Origin: Lepidodermella squamata | Taxonomy: Eukaryota > Animalia > Gastrotricha | Direction: 5' to 3' | Assembly (NCBI GenBank): GCA_047495785.1 | Contig: JBLDXI010000007.1 | Span: forward strand, 4,340,001 to 4,404,000 | Length of the DNA stretch: 64,000 bases | Shown here: piece after piece, positions 26,770 through 39,000 of the stretch | Layout: each line of letters starts with the position of its first letter | How positions within the stretch are numbered: position 1 is the first letter of the stretch | The notes under the pieces: generated by a model | What the model was told of the DNA's origin: nothing | Seen by the model: the letters and a program-made list of their open reading frames with translations, nothing else | Databases searched by the model: none | Program-made: the position numbers and the translations under genes

Positions 26770-27780
26770 TTGATAGCTCGAGAAAATAGACTAAAAAATA
26801 TTGAATATCGCTGGCTCCGTTCGATATTAGATGTCCACCTTATGGACTACATTTCTAACATAGACATAAGGCTAGCTCTATGCGGAGGTCTCATTGTAGT
26901 GGGCCGCATTGTAGAAAAACAACGGTTAAGGTATTTCGCGCACATTACTAGATCACGCGACTATGACGTGGAAGCAGTGTTTTTTTTAAGGGGTTTACAG
27001 GGTTTACAATGTAAACACCGGAAATAGGCGATGTAAACACCGAAATCCAAAACCTGCCCGCGTCTGTATCAACCTTGGTCTGGAAACTTGCTAACTCTCT
27101 CATCTCATGCATTTTCAACGTTAAAATTATCCTAAAATACCTGTAAAATGCTAAATTTTTCTGCTCGCTTCGCTCGCACATGTGTTTACTACTTAAGTGG
27201 ATTCGTTTCCCGCGTTTCTTTGACTGTGGTCTTCGCCTCACACAGTTGGTACTACACCACTACTTCAAATTGGTAAGGCGAATTTTTCGAATCTGATGGT
27301 GAAGATTATTGAGCAATCATTCCTGCGGAGTATCACCGCGCATGAAGTATGAACTGCAATGTTTTCATTAACTTATTTCGAAATATCTTCGTTATTTTAA
27401 AGCAATTTTAGGCTATTCTCAGCACAAATTCCAGCATAAAATCGAAATTTAAGCTCGCTTCGCTCGCAAGTTCTGAATTTTGTTGTCCCAAAATTTCAGC
27501 CGCTACTTCTAATAGTTGTAGATAGAAGGCAATGCTGTTTTCGGTATACATTTCCCGCAATTTTATACCGAAAAATTCCGGTACATATAAGGCGGATAGG
27601 TGTAAACACCGAACTGTTTTGGGTAAACACCGAACTTTTCCTTAAAAAAAACACTGGTGGAAGGACTAATTAACAAAATTTATAATATTTGGACGCCTCC
27701 GTGTGGATGGTTTGCACTAAGAGGACGACCCAGAACTAGATGGATCCACGGAGTGCATAGAAAGGACGAGGGCCGGTTAG
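26770..27780 (+). mobile_element. LINE RT C-terminal remnant interrupted by a MITE
   Basis: EYRWLRSILDV..ISNIDIR..RLRYFAHITR. After removing 26975-27656 and one TSD copy the frame continues VEGLINK...RGRPRTRW. Confidence 0.75.
26975..27656. mobile_element. MITE with CAGTGTTTTTTTTAAGG termini and a 7-bp TSD GTGGAAG
   Basis: TIR and TSD read directly. Internal GTAAACACCG repeats lie near both ends. Confidence 0.8.
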
Positions 27781-30700
27781 GGGCAAAATCGGCCTATGAT
27801 TGAAAATGAGCGAAACTAATTTTAATTGAAAGATATTAGTCTGAAGTTTCAGAATTAGTGGTCAGAGATGTGGCAGGGAACTTCGGAAATACTAATAATG
27901 TTATTTTAAGTTTGTTTTATTTGACACTTTTGTCGCAGGAAATAGCGTTTTAAACTTCGAGTCTTGATGGGTTTTGAATCTCGCGCGGTCATGTGACCAG
28001 AGATATTTGTACGCGTTCTTGTGAACAACGCCAAATAGTATCAACTTCTCAGAATTTTCAAACGCCACCTGGGCATCCTATCGCTCTCGGACTTTTTTCT
28101 ATCCATCATTTTGATTATTCTGTAATTTCTAAAATTAATTTCAGCTCTTTCACACCTTGGGCGGATTTTACCTGCAAACCGGCCCTCCTCCTTAGTTAAG
28201 GTTGTACTGACTAAGGAATTACGCCGGATAAATTTAAGAGTAAAGCGAACAATAAGACGGGCAAAACGCCTAAAAACAAAACATCTGGCGTAAAGGAGTT
28301 TGAAATAGAAATTATTCCTGATCTTACACTACCTAAGATGGTTTCGTTTGAAAAGATGAATGGCGCATGATTGTTAACTCTATTGAAAACTACGAATTTT
28401 TCTGAAAAAGCAGGATCTTGAACTGTGGGTTGGGCAAGGAATACTCTTTGCCAGCCTTCGCCCTCTTCAAAACCGGAACCGGAATTATTATTAAAATTCA
28501 ATTATAAAAAGTCTTTTTCATTCCTAACTTTCTTTTTAATCATCAAAATCCGAATCATAGCTAACGGAATTGTTCTTCTTCAGACCTGAAGTGTCAAAAA
28601 TTGCGCGATGATCAGACTGCTTGCCACTCCAAACGGTTGATACGGGGGGCTTAATACTACTTTTTTTAGGTAATTTTAGGTAATTTTGGGTAGTAATTTT
28701 AGGAATTATTTCACTTTACAGCATTTCCAGAAGATCGGCCATCAAAGCATCCAAAAGTGTAGGATAGAGGAATGGGCGAATTTCTCAAGCTGGGTGGAGC
28801 TCCAGAGGGAACCTTCTTGAACGCGGCGGGTGAAAGGGAATATATCTTCCAAGGCCATTTGGCTTCATAGCCGTCTCGCATCTCGCGCACAGACTGTCTT
28901 CAGCTCATTCTCGTAGCTAAACCATACATCTTCTGACCAAGGTAGATAGTCACCTTTGATGCTTGGTTTCGCACCGAGATCGAAGAAGTAACATTGACGT
29001 CGTTTTTGCTGTAGCTCTATATTATACCTATGGTCATTTGACTGTACTGAGGGTACGGCTCGTCGGGCTGTACAACTAGTACAGTTATTTGGACTGTATC
29101 TCACGCTACAGTCAATAATAGCTGTAATTACTAGTACAGCTAAACGAACTGTACTTGCAGTACAGCCTAATTGAGCTGTAATCGCAGTACAGTAAGATGA
29201 ACTGTACTCGCTGTACAGCTCGAGTGGACTGTACCGTTCGTACAGCATTGGAGACTGTAACTAGGATTACAGCCGAAAAATACTGTACTTGGGAGTACAG
29301 GAGTTTTTTTTGCCTAAAGTGCGGGTTCTTCCGCGACGTGAACGCACTGCTTAGCATATGCACACATGAAATATGACTAAAATTCTAGAGTTTTTAATTC
29401 AATTATTCATCCCCTAATAGCATACCGCTGAATTCGGGAGATGCTCAATTAGTATGGTATGAATTCATAACTCTGAAAAACAGCACTTTGCAACCCCCTG
29501 ATTTCAGGGCCTACCCCTAAATTCGGATGGAGCATCCCGTGATTTCGGACCATATTTTTTTCTAGTGCTAGATATGGCGATGGCCAATCGCGTTAGTATT
29601 AGTGGTTTTACACCATCGAATGCGTTATGCTAACCGAGAAAAGACATCGGATTTGTTCCAGTAATAGCCCAGGGCTGAGGGGTAAACTCAGTTCAAAAAC
29701 GTCAAAAATTAACCATTCGCAAAAACTTGATTCTTCGAATTCTTCAAAATTTCAAGGTTGAAATTTTAGAAGCCCGGGCTGCTCTCTAATAAAACAAATG
29801 CGGTACGCACTTTGTGTTTGCCGCTTGCCGCTTTCAACATGTAAAACTTGGATAGAGCTCGGAATAATTTCATAGACCTTGGATCGGGAATTAACCTATA
29901 TAGAAAGGGTTTGCATGTTTTAATGCTGCGTATATCAATGATTGGATTAAAGAAGACTGGGTAGTATTTTTAGCGTTGAAATGGGCGTTTTATGGGCGCC
30001 CAGAAAAAAATAGGAGGATCAGTTTAGGAGACCGATCCGGGTTGGAGAAAAACCATCTGATAATCAGTGACAACAAAATAATATCAAAATCGAGAAATAA
30101 TATCAAAATTACTCCCATCTATGAAATCACCAGTCACTCGTTTTGTCCTGCGCAAATGATTAGAATCCTCTAAATTTTTTATTCCTATCCATCCCGAATT
30201 TTTATTGCAAACATAGTCGAGCCACATTTATTAAGAAAATTGAAACTCAGCAATCAACAGCCGAGTCAAATCCAAGTTCGCGGCAAACTGCTTGCGTGGC
30301 ATGCTGAATGTGACAGCTATCGCTATCCCATACGTGAAGCCTATCCATTGCATGGCCCGGGCGATTGATGCGGGCGGGATTTAGACTTGGGCTAATATAT
30401 TATCGGTTGGGCTGTTGTTGTAACAAATATGGTGAATCTAAAACCTTGTTGTCTTTTCTTTTAGACTGAACGAAAACCCATCGTGGCCCAAGATGGTTTC
30501 GCTTTTGTATCTGTCTTAATGTCGAATGTCAGAGTCCGATGTTCTACGAAATGGGCACTGGATCAGGGATTTTACGGCTTGCCTCCAATCAACGCGAACA
30601 AAGATCGTTGTCCAAAGTTGAACTATGTTTCTGTTTCAAAATTGCGCCTAGCCTGCTGCTTTTGCTGTCGACTATTCTTATTGACTATATTGAATCTATT

Positions 30701-31741
30701 ATTGGCAAATCGGCAAATAATAATAATAATAATAATAATTTTGAAGTAAAACTTTGTTGAGCGAACGTCGTGTTTAGTCGTGTTGATAATGGTTTTTTAA
30801 TCTTTTTCAGCAGCATCTCTTTATATTTGAACAGCATAGACAAATATAAGAGACTGGACACTCTTGCCTTTGTAATACTGCCGAAATTATTCGAATTTTC
30901 AATATAGAAGTCCTCAAGCACATTTTTAAGGAAATTTTTGAATTTTAGCCCTCACTATATCCTGGTGTTGCAACGACAGTTTTCATCGGCCGTAGTGGAG
31001 CCGTAGTCAAAAAGGCAGTAGCTCACGCTCTATACAACCATATACATTTTGAAGCTGTGTCGTAAAAATTTTCCCAAAATTCACGGCTTTAAAAACTTTG
31101 AGAACTTGCAATTTGCCCCACCTCAGATTCCAGAATGTTACTAATGGGATCGATGCAGAATTTTATGAGAGCTTTCTATTGATACCAGAATTATTTGTCT
31201 ATGTTGAACAGTAACAGTGCAGCAATATCAATGAAACTTTACTAGGGCGAATGTGACGGCGTCTCTTTATGGCAACCAGCAATAATTATTAGATTTCGCG
31301 CTTTTCAGAGTGACCGGCAGCCCTTTAGAGCAGAGCGAAGCGGATTTATATGCAAAACGATCCGATCTTTGATCCCAAATTATCTACATCAAAGATCAAA
31401 GCTACCTATTTATTGTTGATCGAGAAAACATTTAGCCTAGTGGCTTCTATTTCTCTTGCAATAAATAATAGGTTAAAAATATGCGCCCGCACAAGAGGCC
31501 GCATTTGCATAATATATGCACACACTAATAATAATAATAGTATAACGCCGACTGAAAATCGTTTAAATAGCTGTAGCTTAACCCCAGATGGTCCAAGTGC
31601 ATCAATTTTTACATATTCTTCATCCTCGCATCAAGACGGTCATTTTGATACCGGTTTCGAGGCTAAATTCGACAAATTAAGAAAATTTGTTTTCCCATGT
31701 GGGTATAGCATGGTTAAGCAACATTACTGCACGGCGCCGAC

Positions 31742-31870
31742 GCATCGTACTTGGAGCGCTACCATTTTGCATTTGCTTTAATTACTACAACGAGCATTTT
31801 CACAACTTGTGGTTTCACATCTTACGAGTTTTGCGAGTAACAATGAAACTGCTTGTTTCAAAACAATGTC
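31742..31870 (+). pseudogene. Family member E, 3' part (TM/Cys-tail exon remnant and 3' UTR)
   Basis: gcatcgtacttggagcgct..cattttgc..actacaacgagcattttcacaacttgtggtttcaca matches 42980-43060. Confidence 0.7.
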
Positions 31871-31973
31871 GGAGATCGTGACAACGTCTTAATTACATTG
31901 CCCTCATAACTTTACCTATTGTTGATCGCAATAATTTAGTTGAGCGGACAATGTTGCAAAGTAGCTAAGTAAA

Positions 31974-32925
31974 ATGGAATTTTTCTACGCATTAATATTC
32001 GCCTGTCTTGCGTTTGCTACCAGCGGAGATTCCGATCACCAGCCTGAGAACGTAAGGAGTCTGCCGTGATTATTAACCCTATTAATTTATATATTTGAAC
32101 GGCTTTTGCGGGTCTCCAAATAAGTACCTTGCCGTTGTAGGATTCTAGAGTTGAGTAGAGTTGTTATTCAGTGCCCAGCCGAATAAACCAAAGGGTCTCC
32201 CATGTGGTGTCTTCAGCCTTCATGATGTTGGCATTTCGAAGTCGGCGGGTCGCAGTACCCCCTTTTTCGCATCATGGCAAGTGAACGCTAGATTTGAATG
32301 CACAACCCACAGTGATGATAAGAGGCCAATCGATCCCTACACCGCATGTTCCCTGTTTTCATTTATTAAAAACTTTCCTATAGTTTGGTATTTGGTATAC
32401 TTTGAAGGACCGTGAAACCTGAAATGTTTTCCGTTTGTCGGGTTCGCAGAATGCGTCAACTTCTCAAAGGCGGCTTTTCTCTCGCCGCATACGATCATCT
32501 TCAACGACAAAATCCAGTGTATGCTAAGAAATGCGCACTGCTTCAATTTCTAATTCAGACAAATATTTCACGATACAGCGGAATTCCGTGGTCACGTTCA
32601 GCATCGGGAACAAAGTTTCATCAGCGTACATATCTAAAGATGAAGCTATTCGCATCGAACCCACTCAGCAGCCGGAAAGCACCGTGAAAATATCGTCAGG
32701 CGACGAGATACCTCAATATACGTTTTCTACTATTGAAGCTGCAACAAGTGAGCGTTGAGTTGTTGCTTGGGTGATTATTTATACTTTTTTGAGTTTTCAG
32801 CCACTCTCTTCCCGCCCTATGCTACTCCGGCGGTTATTACGGCTGGATCTATTTTCGCCATAGTTTTCACGGCTCTGATCGTGGCTTTGTCATACTACTA
32901 TTGCTGGTGCTGTGCCAAAACATGA
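31974..32925 (+). CDS. Family member F (signal, RRIR, Ser/Thr-rich, TM, CWCCAKT stop)
   Basis: MEFFYALIFACLAFATSG...|NASTSQRRLFSRRIRSSSTTKS|...|TLFPPYATPAVITAGSIFAIVFTALIVALSYYYCWCCAKT. The middle exon choice is less certain. Confidence 0.65.
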
Positions 32926-33236
32926 AACAATCGTAACAATGATTAAACTGAACAGGTGCAGGCCTCAGTATGGATACTTTATTCGTAGAGCCCATGAAAT
33001 GAAATGAAAACAGCTAAAAATATCCTGAAGGTCGGAAATATTTGTTTAATGAAAAGTCACGGAGCTTTTTGCCCGATCCTGTAATTTGTTGCATACAAAT
33101 AACGGTTAAATCTAATGCCAATTATCCACTCTGACCTAATTTAGTTTTTAATAACAACAAAAGACTCGTAAGAAATCTGATGAATCAGGAAACACTCAGG
33201 TTTTATCTGAAGTGTATCGAAAGTGGAAGAAAATCG

Positions 33237-33602
33237 GGGTCCCCCACAGAGCAGCAGGCTTCATATCAGGATGAACTCAAAAAGCGGTGCAAACGCCACG
33301 CCACAATAAATCGAATTAATTACGATAATTACGATAAAATTCTGCGTATTTTTCAGAATATGGGCTCATCATAACTTTAAGAGCCCGGCTTATGAATTCT
33401 GGAAAATGTTCGACCAAATTGAGGTCTGAGCTACATTACGGAGTTTTCATGACTTCCGCTCCTCAATTTTTGGAGTGAAAAGCTAGAATGGCTGACCATC
33501 ATGTCCATTGGTTGAAAATCGGAGGCTATGTCTGAGCGCCAGCTGGGAGGACTGTTTAGTGCGTTTACCCTGCTTCGAAGCCTGCTGCTCTGTGGGGGAC
33601 CC
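33237..33602. mobile_element. MITE with a 26-bp TIR and a 7-8-bp TSD
   Basis: GGGTCCCCCACAGAGCAGCAGGCTTC and its inverse. Flanks GAAAATC(G) and GAAAATC(A). Confidence 0.7.
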
Positions 33603-33760
33603 GAAAATCATACTATTTGAATTTATTATTCGTTATTGGTGGATTTATTAATTGTGGACTCAATTGTGTTAATGTGTTATATTTTCAATCCGTTTCACAC
33701 ACCGACTGCCTGGCCCTTGGCTTTTGCATGAATGTTTAGGTGCATGAGAGTTCAAGCCTG

Positions 33761-35485
33761 AGGTGCGTTTTTTATTATAACCGAGGTGCTATTGTTCAGC
33801 GCTGTGATCAATTTTTCGGTGAGATTCGCAACAGAAAAATCACAATCGGCACGTCTATCATGAACTGACCGGCTCGAATTGCGGGCAAGGGGTGTGTTCA
33901 AAAAGTCTCAGAGCTTCAGAACGCTGTTCTTTCAGAATTACTCGATAATTGCGTTTTTAAATGTTCAGAGCGATTTTTCGCATTGTTTAGTTTCAGAGGG
34001 AAGGGACACAGATGCTCTTGATTACGCTTTCAGGCGATTTTTTAATGTTCAGATCGTTCAGTGAGGGACAAGCATTGTTCGAAGTTTCAGGCTGCTCGAG
34101 CAGTCTGAAACTTTCCTTGATTACTCACGTGCATCATGATTAGTCACAATGGTTCGATATAAATTTTATTTTTATCAATTTTTTGACGGCAAAGCGTTTA
34201 TACGTCTGCAAAGTGGGAAAATAATTCGGAAACCTTGCGGAACACCTTGGAACGCCTCTACGGCACATTTCTCCTTCACAGCTATTAAAAATTTATCAAT
34301 TTTCAAGTTTGAATAAATGAATTTTTTTAATCAATCAATGCAAAAAATAGCACATGAAATGCCGAATGGTACCACTGCTTCCTTTCCCCTTTTTCAGGGA
34401 AACGCATAAGGCTCAGGTCAATTTTTAATTTTTTTTTCCAAAAATTGAAAATTAAATGAAAAAATTAAATTACAAATTTTGGGCGGCATCGCACATTTTC
34501 AATTTCACAACTGCTAATTTTCGAAGCCTTCCCAAAACATTTTGAAAAATTCCTTTACTTTTATCGGGAGGGTGATTAATTTTAATTTAAAATCAAGAGT
34601 CGTTTGATGAACAATTCCCAAAAATTCATTGAGATCGAGACCGATTCCAAACTTTCTCGCAGCATGTATAATTTATGCCGATAAAATCGCGGCGACACTG
34701 TGGAGGTCTAGATTCTAGATTGTTCTCTATCGTCGTAAACCGAAAAAACGGGTTGAAAATCACTCGACAATCCGATAGGTCGCTTTGATTTGCCTTTTGG
34801 AGGGAAATTATTACAAAAATGTTCCCAAAAAATCAACATGGAAGAGAGACTGTTGGGCGCAAATTCCTAACAATTTTCCCACAATTTATTGCAATATTTA
34901 AAAAATTTCCCAAGGTGAATAAGCTTCCCGCGTTAGACTGCGATAAAAAGAAATAAAAGTTAAAGTTTCGTTGAAACACTATTGCGCAATGAGAGAACAA
35001 TGCCTGTAATTAAGAATGCGCATTCAGTGGCGCTGAGACTTTTTGAACACACCCAAGGCTGGTCAGAAAAGACAAATCCCCGCGCGGATTAAGAACATTT
35101 GGCCGCGGCTAAATCGTGACATGGCTGTAATTAATTTACGGCCATGCAACATGTGACCCTCGTTAATTTCTGACCCCATGTCTTAAGAGCTAATTTTATC
35201 CAAACTACGCAGAAAGGTTTTTTATTTTCTCTGCAATTATCGAACATGAAATCGATTTTAAAAAAAATCGATCAATTTGGTAAAATTTATGAAAATCCAA
35301 AGCGTTTTAGGCGATTTCTGACCATTATTTTGAATCCAAACTTGCCGACAAGTTCGAATTTCATCATTTTCAATTTTTGAGTTTTTGATTGGGTTTGAAA
35401 AGCTTTAACTTTCCGTGTGTGTCATCTGGTGTTAATAGATGTAATTAGTTTTAGGCAGACCACGGTTTTAATAAAAAACGCACCT
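33761..35485. mobile_element. PIF/Harbinger-like non-autonomous element (TSD CTG)
   Basis: AGGTGCGTTTTTTATTA..ACCG.GGT and its inverse at 35459-35485. CTG on both flanks. Confidence 0.7.
33890..35054. mobile_element. Nested Harbinger-like MITE (TSD AAG)
   Basis: Perfect TIR GGGTGTGTTCAAAAAGTCTCAG. AAG on both flanks. Confidence 0.75.
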
Positions 35486-36053
35486 CTGGGATTGCTATGT
35501 AATCTCCACTGAAAAATTAGTATCGCTAGCGCATGAGACATCTGGCAACAATTCAGCAGCCGACATTAATTCTTATAGACCGAAATAGGACAACACCACG
35601 ATTCGTGCGTTTATGAAGTTTCGTGCGCTATCTCTTGGTTACGGGCTTTTTTTCGTGAGTAACCGGACAGCAATCATGACTTGAAAATCACCGCGTGTGA
35701 AGTTTGAAAAACTTTGCCACAACTTGTCACAACCCACCCGTTCTTCGATTAGATGCCTGGACAATAATGTTCTGACTTATCTCTCGCGCAAGCGTGGACG
35801 ATTCTTAAAAGCAGGTTCAGAACATGCACATTTTTAATTGCATCCTCTAAAATTGTTCAGTGGCGCGGAAATCTCGTGCATCTTGTAAATTATTTATCAC
35901 AGCTCTTCGAACCCCGACCTTCTCTCAGCTTTCACCACTCACATCAATAGACGCCTTACATATCATGTATTCATTTGCTTTCAAGTTCGTTCTATGCTAA
36001 GTAACTGCTTCATATGCGACTGGAACTTTGAATTTTAGACGTTTTTTTTCAAA

Positions 36054-39000
36054 ATGGGCGCAAGATCCATTTTCTTGCTCTCCTCGTTATACTTTTTCAA
36101 CTATGTTGAAGCTCAGGGCATACAGCGCTGTGGAACGTTGGTTCCGCAGTTCTCGCTGTTCAACCACGTAGCAGACCGCGCTGCCAACTGGGAGTTGTAC
36201 CAAATGCCGGGTCTAAATGCAAGCAATTCGCCTGTGAACGCAACTCGCCTCTCCCTGAACACACTGTACAATACAAATGCTGGTATGTGGTCGAAAAGCG
36301 TAAGTGCTTTCAGCAACTGGGATATAGTACCTAGAGATTGAGTTCTCATGAATAGCCACTCACTCTGACCAACTTCTACATGGAGATTTGGGCGTATCTG
36401 TACTCAACCGTATCACCAGGCGCACACGGAATCATGGTGATAATCGGCAATAACGCCTCATTGACGCGGTTTAATTCAAGTAAGTAAAAGCAAATAAGCA
36501 CGCAGCAATTCTCAAAACTGTGCAGCATGGCGATTGGCGATCTTAGTGTGCGACTTTCAGGGGGTTGGGGGATAGACATCTTTCTGCCCCTTCGCCTTTG
36601 TCCCAGCTCGGCCAGACCAGATAACAAAATAAGCAAATATCCACTATTTCGTTAATCTTGAGAGGTTTTTAAGCGTGTTTTAGTGGCAAGTTTTCTTGTT
36701 TCGCTCGTTTTTTAGTCGAAACACCTTTAGGCAAAAACAGCAAAATCAACTTTTCCATCTCTAGCAGCTCCATGAACCAAGATCGCACCCTGGGCGATCT
36801 ATTCCTGTTGATCATGACTTACTTTTTAGGCTATTGGTATGGCGTAAACTGGTCCTCGTTCGTTGGACTCGGCGCTAATTTTTTCCCTTATATGTCGACC
36901 TATCTTGCGTGGCTAAGCACTGTTCCCTACGGTGCCAACAACGCACCTTACTATTGCTCGGTAAGCGACGTAATCGCGTGCAGCTCGAGCGTATCGCCGG
37001 CGACGTGGATGCTCAACCAACCTGTCATGTTCCAGGTTAGAGTTGAGGGCGGTTACAAAGTCTCGATTGCCTCTTGCCTGGTGAATGGCTCTTGTGTCGG
37101 ACCTTTCACTGGGTCGTCGAATCGCTACTCCTTGCTGAGCTCATTCCCCGGCGAGCAAATGATGCTCGGCATCAGTACACGGGCTGGCGGTGCTGCGGAT
37201 ACTGTAGACCTCCTGAGCGTAGGAGTTTACGACTGCTCCGCCGATCCATCGCCGAACAAGTAAGTTGCTGAACTCGGGATTCATTCGAATGTTCGACGAA
37301 TCTTCTTCTAGGATCCAATCGTGCGGGACGTTGGTGCCGCAGTGGTCTCTGATCAATCACACGGTCGATCGGGCCGCAAACTGGGACTATTACCCACATG
37401 CCAGTATGAGCTTGGTTGGCCAGCCAGCGAACACGACTCGACTGACCTCAGAAGGCTCAATCTACGCCGAAACTGGCCTGTGGAATCGTATCGTGAGTAG
37501 ATGATACCTAATTGTTTCTTGTGTTATTCGCCAATTTCCCACCACACTACAGCCTTTCAATTCGATTGATTTCTACATGGAATTGTCCGCTCGAGTTCTA
37601 GATACAGACAATTTGCTATCTGAAGGATTCGCTTTGATCATCGCCAACAACGCATCGATCGTCCGGCCACCTTTCACTCGTAATTTGAAGATGAAAAGTT
37701 ACCCATCACTATCAATTTTTAATAAGAAATTGGATTTGGCTTGGATTCTAATCAATATGTCGGATTCGCTTTGGCGATTAACGGCTATTTCTCTAAATTG
37801 AACGCCATGATAACAACAGCGCCTCGCAGCGGCATTCTTTTCCCAGCCAACTGTAATGCTACGGGCACCGCGATCTGTTTAACGCCTAGTTTCCCAATGA
37901 ATCGCAATCACATTGTTCAATACCAGATCCGGTTGATCAACGGAACATTTCTATCGGTAAAATTATCGATAATTATCGATATATTTTAATTTTGCTTTAT
38001 TTTAAAGATGTCTATGTGTCTGACTGACAATGTATGCGCTGGGCCGTTCACTGGGGCGTTACCATCGTCTCTTGTCAGTTTGATTGCATCTCAGTCGATG
38101 ATTTTAGGCGTAGCTGGTCGAAACGGAATCACGACTGACACAATTGATTTGCACAGCCTTGCAGTTTACGACTGCTCAGCATCGACAACTTCGAGCTCGA
38201 CTACAACCACTACCACGTCAACCACCACTACTAGCCCAACGACAACCACTACTACAACTACGAGCCCAAGCACCAGTACAACAACTACGACAAGCCCAAG
38301 CACAAGCTCAACCCAGAGCACCACAACGTCGACTGCCTCTGCCGCGACTTCGAACACGTGCCAGTGCTCGTGCCCAACTGTCGCTAGTTCATCGACTTTC
38401 AGCTCTACTACTGCGCCGCCTCTGCTCTCTGCTTCGTCGTCGTCGCCATGCACAGCTATGCTGTCGCAAGTCTCCAGCTCTCCAACTGCATTTTCAACGG
38501 TAGAGATGAGCATGAACTATTTTCGCTAAGAAATAGCGAATGAATGATGTCTGCTCTTCATGAAGGTCATATATGTCTACATTTATTTTACAGAGCCCCT
38601 CCACATCAACTACGGGATCAGCGACTTCCACGCAGGTAAGACCACGCCGGTTATTCCACCGTATGAGTTCTAGTTTTCGCTTAGACAGCCTCGCAATTTC
38701 TGACAAGCTCAGGACAATCAACATCGACCGCTGCTGCTTCTGTAAAAATTGTAAATATTAGCATTATCAACTTCACAAAACTGTGTATCAGGTGACTACT
38801 TCAATGCTGACAACCACGCGGACAGCTACTAGCTCATCTTCAACTTCATCTGTAAAATACTTGCTTTAAAGGGTTGTTTAGGAAGTACAGAAGAAAATGA
38901 GTTCTCTCAGACGTCTATGAAAGATAGAGCCAGAAAAAAAATGGGAGGAGGGAGGAAATTCCACGACTCTAAAACATTTACGGGCTCATTTTTGTTTCAG

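Larger units (their letters stand above)
25588..29344. mobile_element. DNA element with a perfect 28-bp TIR and a 4-bp TSD (CACT)
   Basis: CGTTCACGTCGCGGAAGAACCCGCACTT at 25588 and its exact inverse ending at 29344. CACT on both sides. GTACAG/CTGTAC-rich internal arrays at about 26395-26580 and 29010-29300. Confidence 0.8.
25139..29567. mobile_element. Non-autonomous CACTA/EnSpm-like (CMC) element
   Basis: Termini CACAAGAAAAAATACGGTCCGAA ... TTCGGACCATATTTTTTTCTAGTG, flanked by the 2-bp duplication CT. Confidence 0.55.
18190..31741. mobile_element. ~13.5-kb element with ~240-bp imperfect terminal inverted repeats, filled with nested TEs
   Basis: 18190-~18430 (gtcggcgccgtgcagtaatgt...gcctcgaaaccggt...cagtcggcgt...tattattattattagtgtg) is the inverse of ~31503-31741. 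The host exon resumes right after the right TIR. The TSD is not cleanly resolved. Confidence 0.75.

Noticed and set aside
36001-36053. AG acceptors just upstream of several ATGs, suggesting spliced-leader trans-splicing
   Set aside because: A plausible cis donor lies close upstream here (gtaact at 36001), so 5' UTR introns explain it. It cannot be decided without transcripts.
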